A stretch of 29,895 nucleotides of DNA from Clostridia bacterium (GTDB taxonomy: Bacteria > Bacillota > Clostridia > Christensenellales > Aristaeellaceae): positions 2,106-32,000 of the forward strand of contig JAUNDF010000008.1 in NCBI GenBank assembly GCA_030526225.1. The letters are read 5' to 3'. Positions 17,035 to 25,028 of the stretch are shown here, in pieces. The notes under the pieces were generated by a model, which did not search any database, was not told the origin of the DNA, and was given only the letters and a program-made list of their open reading frames with translations. The position numbers and the translations under genes are program-made. Positions within the stretch are counted from its first letter, which is position 1; every line of letters begins with the position of its first letter.

Positions 17035-17847
17035 TTACTTGGTCACAGCGGAAGCAAAGCCGACGGAACCGAACACAGCCATGGCCTCATCACCGGTCAG
17101 GAAGTCCAGGAAAGCCTGAGCCTCGGCGGGATGAGCGGCAGTCTTCAGCACGGAGGCAGGATAGATAACCTGACCGCACATTTCGGGCTTGGCGCTGTCC
17201 ACCACAGTCAGACCTGCGGAGAAGGCATCGGTGCAGTAGATGACGCCGCAGTCCACGCTGGCTTCCTTCACCTGAGTGGTTACTTCCTTCACGTTGGTGC
17301 CGTAGGTGATCTTGCCGGCAGCGGCCAGAGCCTCTTCATCCAGCTCGTAGTACTTCAGAATCTTCTGGGTGTACTGACCCACGGGCACGTCGCTGTTGCC
17401 CATGGCCAGCAGCACATCGCCGTCCTTGAGCAGGGCAGCCAGCTGGTCGAAGGATTCGATGGCCTTGGGGTTGCCTTCGGGCACAACCAGGGTAACCTTG
17501 TTCTCCAGCAGGTTGATGCGGCTGTCGGGGTCGACAAAGTCCAGACCGTCGGCATTGGCTTCATGGCCCAGCTGCAGCTGGTTCATCTGCTTCTGACCGG
17601 CAGAGATGAACAGGTCGCACTCGGCGCCTTCCTGAATCTGGGTCTTGAGGGTGCCGGAGGAGTCGAAGTTGAAGACCAGATTGATTTCGGGATGAGCTGC
17701 TTCATAAACGGCCTTCAGCTCGGTGAGGGTCTCGGTCATGGAGGCGGCGGCGAATACGTACACATCGGTCGTTTCAGCCACAGCGGCCGCGGCGGTGAGC
17801 ATCATCACCAGGGCCAAGAGAAGGGAAACCAGACGACAGTTTTTCAT
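17035..17847 (-). CDS. modA: Molybdate ABC transporter substrate-binding protein
   Basis: Signal peptide, then VYVFAAASMTETLTELKAVYE, FDSSGTLKTQI and VPVGQYTQKIL, all typical of ModA. GAAAGAGG RBS. Confidence 0.85.
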   Translation of the reverse strand: MKNCRLVSLLLALVMMLTAAAAVAETTDVYVFAAASMTETLTELKAVYEAAHPEINLVFNFDSSGTLKTQIQEGAECDLFISAGQKQMNQLQLGHEANADGLDFVDPDSRINLLENKVTLVVPEGNPKAIESFDQLAALLKDGDVLLAMGNSDVPVGQYTQKILKYYELDEEALAAAGKITYGTNVKEVTTQVKEASVDCGVIYCTDAFSAGLTVVDSAKPEMCGQVIYPASVLKTAAHPAEAQAFLDFLTGDEAMAVFGSVGFASAVTK

Positions 17848-18037
17848 AGGGGTACCTCTTTCTCCCGTTTTTCAGGGAAATATATTTGCAAAGCAGCTGG
17901 ATTTACAGCCGCCTGTGCACACAAGGCAATGGCTGCCGTGCGGGGGTGTTTCATCCCGCGGGCAGGGAAAAACTGTATCGTAAAGGAGCATGATGCTTTA
18001 TCGAGGCATCGCTCCGGAAAAAGGGGAATAAGGGGGA
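17848..18037 (-). promoter_or_regulatory. 190-nt structured leader upstream of modA; candidate Moco-type riboswitch (unverified)
   Basis: An unusually long non-coding gap inside an otherwise tightly packed minus-strand Mo gene string. The minus-strand RNA has nested hairpins: GGAGC-GAUGC...GCAUC-GCUCC (17985-18015) and CUGCC-GCGGG...CCCGC-GGCAG (17933-17965). A UCCC...GGGA pairing touches the modA RBS. I could not confirm the RF01055 consensus by eye. Confidence 0.35.
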
Positions 18038-18976
18038 TTAATCCTTGCGGGCGCAGTCCTGCACGGTGTTGCGCAGCAGGCCCATGGCATGGGGGATGGC
18101 GCCCATAAACACATCCATGCTCTCCATGCAGGCCTTGGGGCTGCCGGGGAGGTTGATGATGAGGGTTTTGTTGCGAATGACGGACTGGGCGCGGCTGAGC
18201 ATGGCATGGGGAGTAATCTTCATGCTGGCGGCGCGTACAGCCTCGGCAATGCCGGGGGCCAGACGGGTGGCAACAGCCAGCGTGGCCTCGGGGGTGGTAT
18301 CACGGGGGGAGAAGCCGGTGCCGCCGGTGGTGAGCACCAAATCCAGCTGGCGCTGATCGGCAAGGCGCATCAGGTGATGCTTCAGCAGTGCCTCGTTGTC
18401 GGGAATCAGCAGCTGCTCCACCACCTCATAGCCCTCGTCCTGCAGGCGCTTGACGATGGTGGGGCCGGAGACATCCTCCCGCTCGCCCTTGCTGCCCTTG
18501 TCGCTGAGGGTGATGACAGCGGCCTGCCAGGGGCGGGGCGCGGTGCGCTCCACGATGGTCATTTCATCGCCCACGGAGATTCTGCCGCCCTCCAATACGC
18601 GGGCAAACACACCCTCGCGGGGCATGATGCAGTCACCCATGGTCTTCATGATGGCGCAGCCCTGATGGCATTCCTTGCCGATTTGGGTCATTTCCAGCAG
18701 CACATCGCCGCAGCGCAGCAGCGTGCCAACGGGCAGGGCACGGAAATCCATGCCCTCGACCACCAGATTTTCGCCGAAAGCGCCGTAGACCACATTGGCC
18801 CCGCGCTTGTTGAATTCTTCAATCTTGTCGGCACTGAGCAGGCTGACCTGACGGTGCCAGGTGCCGGCATGGGCATCGCCGGCAAGACCGTGGTTTACAT
18901 CAAACTCTGCGGCGCCCACATTCTGCTTCTGGGTGCCGACCTGGGTGCTCATGCAGACAGCCATAACCTTACCCAT
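18038..18976 (-). CDS. Fusion protein: N-terminal MOSC domain plus C-terminal MogA/MoaB-type molybdopterin adenylyltransferase domain
   Basis: Residues 1 to ~145 are MOSC-like (GLAGDAHAG..HRQVSLLS, GENLVVEG, conserved Cys in IGKECHQGC). Residues ~150-312 are MogA/MoaB-like (AAVITLSDKGSKGEREDVSG, LVLTTGGTGFSPRDTTPEA, INLPGSPKA). Confidence 0.8.
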   Translation of the reverse strand: MGKVMAVCMSTQVGTQKQNVGAAEFDVNHGLAGDAHAGTWHRQVSLLSADKIEEFNKRGANVVYGAFGENLVVEGMDFRALPVGTLLRCGDVLLEMTQIGKECHQGCAIMKTMGDCIMPREGVFARVLEGGRISVGDEMTIVERTAPRPWQAAVITLSDKGSKGEREDVSGPTIVKRLQDEGYEVVEQLLIPDNEALLKHHLMRLADQRQLDLVLTTGGTGFSPRDTTPEATLAVATRLAPGIAEAVRAASMKITPHAMLSRAQSVIRNKTLIINLPGSPKACMESMDVFMGAIPHAMGLLRNTVQDCARKD

Positions 18977-18982
18977 GGGTCA

Positions 18983-19954
18983 TCATCCTCCGATTTCGTT
19001 CATTCGCCGCTTGTCGCGGTCGTCAATTTCTTCCAGAAAACCGTGGCGCTGTGGCTTGCGGTTGATGGCATCGGCCATGGCGGTGCGGATGTCATCCTCC
19101 GAAGCGCCGCTGCGCAGCATGGTGCGCAAATCAAGCCCGGCGGCATGGTTGAGGCACAGCTTCAGGAAGCCCTCCGCCGTCAGCCGCACGCGGTTGCAGC
19201 GGTCGCAAAATTCGTGGCTCATGGCGGAAATCACGCCGATGGAGCCGCTAAAGCCCTGGGGCTTGACATAAACGGCGGGGCCGAAGCCGTGCTGCTCGCT
19301 GTCCTGCGTGAGGGGGCCGAAGGCGGATTGCATCAGCTGCAGGATTTCGTCCGAGGGGATGGGGGACAGATTGGCCCCGCAGCCCACGGGCATCAGCTCG
19401 ATAAAGCGCACATAAACGGGATTGTCCTTGGCCAGCTGTGCCAGCTGCACCAGCTCCTTTTCATTGTAGCCCCGGATGGGCACAGCGTTCAGCTTCACGC
19501 GGATGCCCAGCGCCAGCGCATCGTCAATCACCCGGCGGACCTTCATCACATCGCCGCCCCGGGTGAGGGCCGCGTAGGTGTCGGGGTTCAGGCTGTCGAT
19601 GGAGATGTTCAGCGCGTTGACACCCGCCGCCTTGATGTCCCCCACCATGCCGTCCAGCAGCAGGGCGTTGGTGGTCATGGAGATGGTTTCGATTTTCGGG
19701 ATGGCGTGGATGCGCTCCACCAGAGACAGCCAGTTTTTGCGGGCGGTGGGCTCGCCGCCGGTGATGCGGATGTGGCGGATGCCCAGATCGGCCCCCAGCC
19801 GGACCAGCTGCTCAATCTCCTCAAAGGTGAGGATTTTGCTGTGCTCCAGGGATTGTACGCCGTGCTCCGGCATGCAGTAGATGCAGCGCAGGTTGCACCG
19901 GTCCGTGATGGATACGCGCAGATAGTCAATCTGCCGGCCCAAACGGTCAATCAT
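18983..19954 (-). CDS. moaA: GTP 3',8-cyclase (radical SAM, Moco biosynthesis)
   Basis: [20 protein letters not shown] (CX3CX2C), ITGGEP, and a C-terminal second-cluster Cys context ([17 protein letters not shown]). ATG at 19954 overlaps the moaC stop. The 41-aa upstream extension of the ORF is rejected. Confidence 0.9.
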   Translation of the reverse strand: MIDRLGRQIDYLRVSITDRCNLRCIYCMPEHGVQSLEHSKILTFEEIEQLVRLGADLGIRHIRITGGEPTARKNWLSLVERIHAIPKIETISMTTNALLLDGMVGDIKAAGVNALNISIDSLNPDTYAALTRGGDVMKVRRVIDDALALGIRVKLNAVPIRGYNEKELVQLAQLAKDNPVYVRFIELMPVGCGANLSPIPSDEILQLMQSAFGPLTQDSEQHGFGPAVYVKPQGFSGSIGVISAMSHEFCDRCNRVRLTAEGFLKLCLNHAAGLDLRTMLRSGASEDDIRTAMADAINRKPQRHGFLEEIDDRDKRRMNEIGG

Positions 19955-20459
19955 TCGTCGGTTGCTCCTCTTCGTAGGCGGCGTCACCCACAAAGGTACC
20001 GCTCTTGCCGCCTGTTTTTTTGCAAAGGTGAATGTTGGTGATTTCCATGCGCTTGTCGATGGCCTTGCACATGTCATAGATGGTCAGCAGCGCCACGCTC
20101 ACGCCGGTGAGGGCCTCCATCTCCACCCCCGTCAGTCCCTTGAGGGAGGCGGTGCAGATGGCATCGATTTCGCAGTCCTCCTCGCGGATGTCAAAATCCA
20201 CGGAGCACTTGCCCAGCATCAGCGGATGGCACATGGGAATCAGGTCGGAGGTGCGCTTTACGCCCATGATGCCGGCCACCCGGGCCACCCCCAGCACATC
20301 GCCCTTGGCGGCGGTGCCCTCAAGAATGGCGGTCATGGCAGGTCTGCCAAGGCGAATGGTGCCCTTGGCGATGGCGGTGCGCTTGGTCTCCGTTTTGTCG
20401 GTCACGTCCACCATAATGGCCTGACCTTTATCGTCAAAATGTGTCAGCTGTTCAATCAT
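19947..20459 (-). CDS. moaC: Cyclic pyranopterin monophosphate synthase
   Basis: [52 protein letters not shown] overlap with moeA. Confidence 0.9.
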   Translation of the reverse strand: MIEQLTHFDDKGQAIMVDVTDKTETKRTAIAKGTIRLGRPAMTAILEGTAAKGDVLGVARVAGIMGVKRTSDLIPMCHPLMLGKCSVDFDIREEDCEIDAICTASLKGLTGVEMEALTGVSVALLTIYDMCKAIDKRMEITNIHLCKKTGGKSGTFVGDAAYEEEQPTND

Positions 20460-21661
20460 AGCAATACAATCTCCACTTCGTCGCCGTCATGCAGCTCACC
20501 ATGGTCGGCAGGGATGTCCATCAGGCAGTTGGCCCCAATCATGGCAAACAGGGAGCCGGAGGAATTGTTGTCCGCCGTCAGCCGGGCGCAGGTGCCGTCA
20601 AACCGGGCACGGACGATGCGCCGCTGCTTGCCGCCCTTGGGGAAGCTGCCGCGGAACACGGTCTTCACCCGCCGGTCAATGGGTGCAGGGATGCCGCACA
20701 GCTTTTCAATCACCGGCCGTGCCAGCAGCTCAAAGCAGGCCCGGGAGGCAAAGGGGTTGCCGGACAGGCAGATCATCAGCTTGCCGTTTACGGTGCCTGC
20801 CATCATGGGGGTGCCGGGCTTGATGGCCACCTTCCAGAACAGGCGATTGGCCTGCATCAGGGGCAGCACCTGATGGAAAATATCCTTTTTGCCCACGGAT
20901 ACGCCGCCGGTGGTAATCACAAGGTCGGCGGTCTCAAGGGCCTCGGTCAGCACCCGGGCCACGCGCTCCGGGTCATCGGCCTCGCTCATCAGGGGGATGC
21001 ATTCGGCCCCCAGCTGGCGGATGCGCAGCGTCAGCATGCTGCGGCTGGAATCATAAATTTTGCCGAAGGTCAGCGCTTCGCCCGGCTGCTTCAGCTCATC
21101 GCCAGTGCACAGCAGCGCCACCTTCGGGCGGCGATAGCAGGTCAGATGGGTAACACCAAGGCTGGCCAGAACGCTGATGTGCTCACAGGTAATCTGCGTG
21201 CCGGCCTCCAGCACGGTCTGGCCCAGGGATACATCCTCACCGGCCCAGCAGATGTTTTTGCCGTGGCCCACAGGGGCGTAGATTTCCACCGTGTCCATGC
21301 CCTCGTTGGTGCGTTCCTGCATAATCACGCAGTCGCATTCCCTGGGGACAGGGGCACCAGTCATGATGCGCAGCGCTTCCCCGCGCATGGGGCGGAACAC
21401 CTCGCCGCAGCCGGCATCCGCCTCGCCGATGACCTTCAGCGTTACGGGTGACTCGGGGGATGCGGAGGCGATATCCTCGCTGTGTACGGCATAGCCGTCC
21501 AGAGGAGAACGGTCAAAGGGCGGCACCTGGATGGGGGAGGTGACAGCAGCTGCGGCCACCCGGCCTACGCTGTCAAGCAAGGCAACCTGCTCCGTTTCAC
21601 CGCCGCAAGCCACATGGTCCAGCAGCAGGGACAGGGCTGATTCCAGGGTTTCCATCAGCAT
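20456..21661 (-). CDS. moeA: Molybdopterin molybdotransferase
   Basis: MoeA architecture with [26 protein letters not shown] and a C-terminal beta domain. The start may be the third codon (ATG at 21655), which has better spacing from GAGGAA. Confidence 0.88.
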   Translation of the reverse strand: MLMETLESALSLLLDHVACGGETEQVALLDSVGRVAAAAVTSPIQVPPFDRSPLDGYAVHSEDIASASPESPVTLKVIGEADAGCGEVFRPMRGEALRIMTGAPVPRECDCVIMQERTNEGMDTVEIYAPVGHGKNICWAGEDVSLGQTVLEAGTQITCEHISVLASLGVTHLTCYRRPKVALLCTGDELKQPGEALTFGKIYDSSRSMLTLRIRQLGAECIPLMSEADDPERVARVLTEALETADLVITTGGVSVGKKDIFHQVLPLMQANRLFWKVAIKPGTPMMAGTVNGKLMICLSGNPFASRACFELLARPVIEKLCGIPAPIDRRVKTVFRGSFPKGGKQRRIVRARFDGTCARLTADNNSSGSLFAMIGANCLMDIPADHGELHDGDEVEIVLL

Positions 21662-21665
21662 TTCC

Positions 21666-22694
21666 TCACTTTCCGAAGCCGCAGTTGGGGTAGGTGCAGA
21701 TGTCGCAGTTCAGGCACAGACCGCCTTCACCCAGATTGGTAACGGTATCCCGGGTGATTTCAATGCCGGCGGCCACGCGCACCAGCATCAGATCAAAGAT
21801 GGTGCGGCGGGCATACATCACGCAGCCGGGCAGACCCAGCACAGGCACCTGACGGCCGTTGTGGTCGAAGTAGCCGATGAGCATCATGGCGCCGGGCAGC
21901 ACGGGTGCGCCGTAGGTCACCACGCGGGCGCCTGCCTCACGGATGGCGCCGGGGGTCTTGTCATCGGGGTCCACGCTCATGCCGCCGGTGGTGAGAATCA
22001 GCTCTGCACCGCCGTCCAGCAGCTTGTGGATGGCATCGATAATCATCTGGCGGTCATCGGGGCATTTCTCGTGACCCATCACCGTCATGCCCAGCTCCTT
22101 GACCTTGCCTTCCACCACGGGGGTGAAGGTATCCTGAATGCGGCCGTAGTACACCTCAGAGCCGGTGGTGACGATGCCGGCCTTCAGGGGGCGGAAGGGC
22201 TTGACGGAAATCAGCGGCTTGTCACCGGCGGCCTGTCTGGCCTCATCCATCTTTTCCTTTTCAATCACCAGCGGAATCACGCGGGTGCCGGCCAGCTTGT
22301 CGCCCTTTTTCACAGGGGTCATGCCGTGGCGGCTGGCGATGGTAATCTGTTCCACATGGTTCACGGCGCGCAGATGCTCGCTGTCAATCACCAGCAGACC
22401 GTCACAGGCGGCGGTCAGCTCGATTTTGCCCTCGCTGGGCTCACCGGCCAAAACATTTTCGCCCTGACAGATGTCCCGCAGGATGGCGGCAGCCTCATCC
22501 TCGTGGAGCATGTTGTCTTCTTTTTCCCAAATATAGAGATGGTCCTTGCCCAGCTTCAGCAGCTCGGGGATGTCTTCCTTGCGGACCACATGGCCCTTTT
22601 TAAAGGCCACGCCCTTCTTGACACCCTTGATAATCACGGTAATATCGTGGCACAGCACGTGCCCTTCTGCGTTAACAGTATCAATCAGTTTCAT
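21666..22694 (-). CDS. MoeA-like molybdopterin-binding (MoCF_biosynth domain) protein with Cys-rich C-terminus
   Basis: Central MoCF domain (AGIVTTGSEV, LILTTGGMSVDPDDKTPGAI, LPGAMMLIG). Ends in GGLCLNCDICTYPNCGFGK (CX2CX2CX4C). GGAGGT RBS. First gene of the minus-strand Moco operon. Confidence 0.75.
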   Translation of the reverse strand: MKLIDTVNAEGHVLCHDITVIIKGVKKGVAFKKGHVVRKEDIPELLKLGKDHLYIWEKEDNMLHEDEAAAILRDICQGENVLAGEPSEGKIELTAACDGLLVIDSEHLRAVNHVEQITIASRHGMTPVKKGDKLAGTRVIPLVIEKEKMDEARQAAGDKPLISVKPFRPLKAGIVTTGSEVYYGRIQDTFTPVVEGKVKELGMTVMGHEKCPDDRQMIIDAIHKLLDGGAELILTTGGMSVDPDDKTPGAIREAGARVVTYGAPVLPGAMMLIGYFDHNGRQVPVLGLPGCVMYARRTIFDLMLVRVAAGIEITRDTVTNLGEGGLCLNCDICTYPNCGFGK

Positions 22695-22720
22695 CGAAAT
22701 GTACCTCCAATAGCTGTATG

Positions 22721-22749
22721 ATTATAGCACACTAATTGAACCGTGACAA
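22721..22749 (-). promoter_or_regulatory. Promoter of the minus-strand Moco operon
   Basis: Minus strand reads TTGTCA (22749-22744), 17-nt spacer, TATAAT (22726-22721), about 25 nt upstream of the ATG at 22694. Confidence 0.7.
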
Positions 22750-22801
22750 GTTAATTTGTTAACGAACGAACGGTAGCCGAACAGGCGTCGGCCGCACCGC
22801 T

Positions 22802-22830
22802 TTGACAATGACGGCGGAATCAACTATAAT
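22802..22830 (+). promoter_or_regulatory. Perfect-consensus sigma-A promoter of the mobB-NTPase-DUF5131 operon
   Basis: TTGACA (22802-22807), exact 17-nt spacer, TATAAT (22825-22830). Confidence 0.75.
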
Positions 22831-22880
22831 GAAAGCGATTATGCACGCCATCAATTATATGATAACCGAGGAAATGAAAA

Positions 22881-23573
22881 ATGAAACTGATTTCTGTTGT
22901 GGGCATTCGCAAGAGCGGCAAAACCACCACCGTCACCCAGCTGACTGAAGCGCTGATTCGCCGGGGGCTGAAGGTGGCTACCGCCAAAACGGTGTTCTGC
23001 CCCACCTTCTCCATCGATAAGCCCACCAGCAACACCGGCCGCCATGCCGCTGCCGGTGCAGAGGTGGTGGTGGCCCGTGCCAAGGGCGAAACGGCTGTGA
23101 TTTATAAGCGCCGGCTGCCCCTGACACAGGTGCTGCAGCCCCTGCAGGGCTGCGATGTGGTAATTCTCGAGGGTGATTACAACGCGCCCGTGCCGCGGCT
23201 GGTGGCAGCCCATCAACAGGAGGATGCGCTGCTTCGCTGCAACGATTTGACGCTGTGCTTCGTGGGCCGCATTGCCGACAAGCCCGAAATTGACCTGCCC
23301 CTGCCCCGGTTCAATCCCCTGACCGAAGCGGATGCGCTGGCGGATTTTGTATTGGCCCATGTGGATGATGTGCAGCTGACCGATGCGCTGGACATCCCCC
23401 TGCCGCCGGTTGCCGGGGTGACGGATGACGGCTTCTGCCAGTGCGGCTGCCACAAGAACGAGCGCAAGTGCGCCGACGAGCAGACCAGCGTCACCGTGGA
23501 TGGCGTAAAGCTGCAGCTGACAGCAGAGCAGCTGGCCACATTGCGGCAGTGGGCCGCGGAGGCAAAAGCATGA
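22881..23573 (+). CDS. mobB: MobB-type P-loop protein (molybdopterin-guanine dinucleotide biosynthesis adapter) with ~60-aa Cys-containing C-terminal extension
   Basis: MKLISVVGIRKSGKTTTVTQL Walker A and a MobB-like core up to about residue 165. Then comes an extra tail: PLPPVAGVTDDGFCQCGCHKNERKCADEQTSVTVDGVKLQLTAEQLATLRQWAAEAKA. Confidence 0.7.
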   Translation: MKLISVVGIRKSGKTTTVTQLTEALIRRGLKVATAKTVFCPTFSIDKPTSNTGRHAAAGAEVVVARAKGETAVIYKRRLPLTQVLQPLQGCDVVILEGDYNAPVPRLVAAHQQEDALLRCNDLTLCFVGRIADKPEIDLPLPRFNPLTEADALADFVLAHVDDVQLTDALDIPLPPVAGVTDDGFCQCGCHKNERKCADEQTSVTVDGVKLQLTAEQLATLRQWAAEAKA

Positions 23574-24091
23574 AGCACCTGTTTCTGACCGGCCGCAAGC
23601 AGGTGGGCAAATCCACCTTGCTCAACAAGGTGATGGAAGCATGCGGGCTGGACGTCACCGGCTTCCGCACCTGCCCCATTTATATCGGTGAGGCCAAGCG
23701 GGGCTACAGCATGCATGCCTTTTGTGATGTGCCCGACTGGATGAACGACTTTATCATCTGCGCCCGGGTGGGCGAACAGCGCATCGTGGCCGTGCCGGAT
23801 GCATTCGACCGGAACGGCACCGCTCTTCTGCAGGCCTGCCGCAGGGAAAACAAGCGCTGGTTCCTGATGGATGAAATCGGCAAGGCGGAGAACAAAAGCC
23901 CCGCCTACTGCCATGAAATTCTGGACATTCTGGACAGTGACATCCACGTGCTGGGCATCCTGCAGGATTGCCGCAGTGAGCTGGTGGCGCAAATCAAGGC
24001 CCGGGAGGATGTATGGCTCATCACCGTGGATGAGGAAAACCGCGACACCCTTCTGCCCGACATTGTCAAGTGGGTCGGCGCACAGGCATAA
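23570..24091 (+). CDS. THEP1/NTPase_1-like P-loop nucleoside-triphosphatase
   Basis: MKHLFLTGRKQVGKSTLLNKV (Walker A) and WFLMDEIGKAE (Walker B). About 173 aa. ATGA overlap with the mobB stop. The upstream 43 aa of ORF 23441-24091 is rejected. Confidence 0.7.
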   Translation: MKHLFLTGRKQVGKSTLLNKVMEACGLDVTGFRTCPIYIGEAKRGYSMHAFCDVPDWMNDFIICARVGEQRIVAVPDAFDRNGTALLQACRRENKRWFLMDEIGKAENKSPAYCHEILDILDSDIHVLGILQDCRSELVAQIKAREDVWLITVDEENRDTLLPDIVKWVGAQA

Positions 24092-24116
24092 ACGCTCTCG
24101 CGCCCGGTAAACCGTT

Positions 24117-24935
24117 ATGCATTACGAAAACTGGAATCCCTGGCACGGCTGCACCAAAATCTCCGAGGGCTGCCGCTACTGCTATGTGTACCGGCAGGAT
24201 GCCCATCGCGGCGCGGAGATTCCCACCGCGGAATGCCGCAAAACCCAGGGCTTCCATCTGCCCGTCAAGCGCAAGAGGGACGGCTCGTGGAAGATTCCGC
24301 CGGGGTCCATGGTGTTCACCTGCTTTTCCTCCGATTTTCTGCTGAAGGATGCCGACCCGTGGCGGGATGAATGCTGGCAGATGATGCGGCAGCGGCAGGA
24401 TTGCCTGTTTTACTTTTTCACCAAGCGCATCGACCGGTTTATGGACTGCATCCCCCATGACTGGGGCGACGGCTACCCCAACGTGATGGTGGGCTGTACC
24501 TGCGAAAATCAGGCAAGGGCCGATGAACGGATGCCTGTTTTTCTGTCGCTGCCCATTCGCATGAAGTCCGTGATTCTCGGCCCCATGCTGACCCCCATCG
24601 ACCTGCGGCCTTACCTGTGCGATGACATTATGGAGGTGGCCTGCTCCGGTGAATCGGGGCTGAATGTGCGCCCGCTGCACTACGAATGGGTGCTGGATGT
24701 GCGGGCCCAGTGCGTGGAGAAGGACATTCCCTTCCTGTTCCATCAGACAGGGGCGTATTTCGTCCGGGACGGCAAGACCTACCATGTGCCCCGGCGGTAT
24801 CAGATTGCCCAGGCGAAAAAGGCGGGGATTGACTACCGCATCGGCGCGGACTTTGTGCCGGATACGGCCATGGACTTCCGCCCGCAGACCGCCGGACAAA
24901 TCTCCATGGATGAACTGCAGGCGAGCGAGGGGTAA
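24117..24935 (+). CDS. DUF5131 (phage Gp37/Gp68) family protein
   Basis: N-terminal family signature WNPWHGCTKISEGCRYCY (CX6CX2C), length about 272 aa. It lies 25 nt after the NTPase gene with no intervening promoter or terminator. Confidence 0.7.
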   Translation: MHYENWNPWHGCTKISEGCRYCYVYRQDAHRGAEIPTAECRKTQGFHLPVKRKRDGSWKIPPGSMVFTCFSSDFLLKDADPWRDECWQMMRQRQDCLFYFFTKRIDRFMDCIPHDWGDGYPNVMVGCTCENQARADERMPVFLSLPIRMKSVILGPMLTPIDLRPYLCDDIMEVACSGESGLNVRPLHYEWVLDVRAQCVEKDIPFLFHQTGAYFVRDGKTYHVPRRYQIAQAKKAGIDYRIGADFVPDTAMDFRPQTAGQISMDELQASEG

Positions 24936-24965
24936 GGAATCATCTTTCCGATATTCCGGAAACCC

Positions 24966-24994
24966 TTGCCAAAGGCGAAGGTTTGCTGTACAAT
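24966..24994 (+). promoter_or_regulatory. xpt promoter
   Basis: TTGCCA (24966-24971), 17-nt spacer, TACAAT (24989-24994). The leader is only about 30 nt, too short for a purine riboswitch. Confidence 0.6.
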
Positions 24995-25028
24995 AATGCC
25001 AATTCATTCGGATTTGGAGGATGCAGGC

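Noticed and set aside
24117-24935. DUF5131 (Gp37/Gp68) as evidence of a prophage or mobile element.
   Set aside because: No integrase, recombinase, capsid, tail or terminase genes, no flanking direct repeats and no tRNA target lie within the window. The flanking genes are metabolic and co-oriented in an operon.
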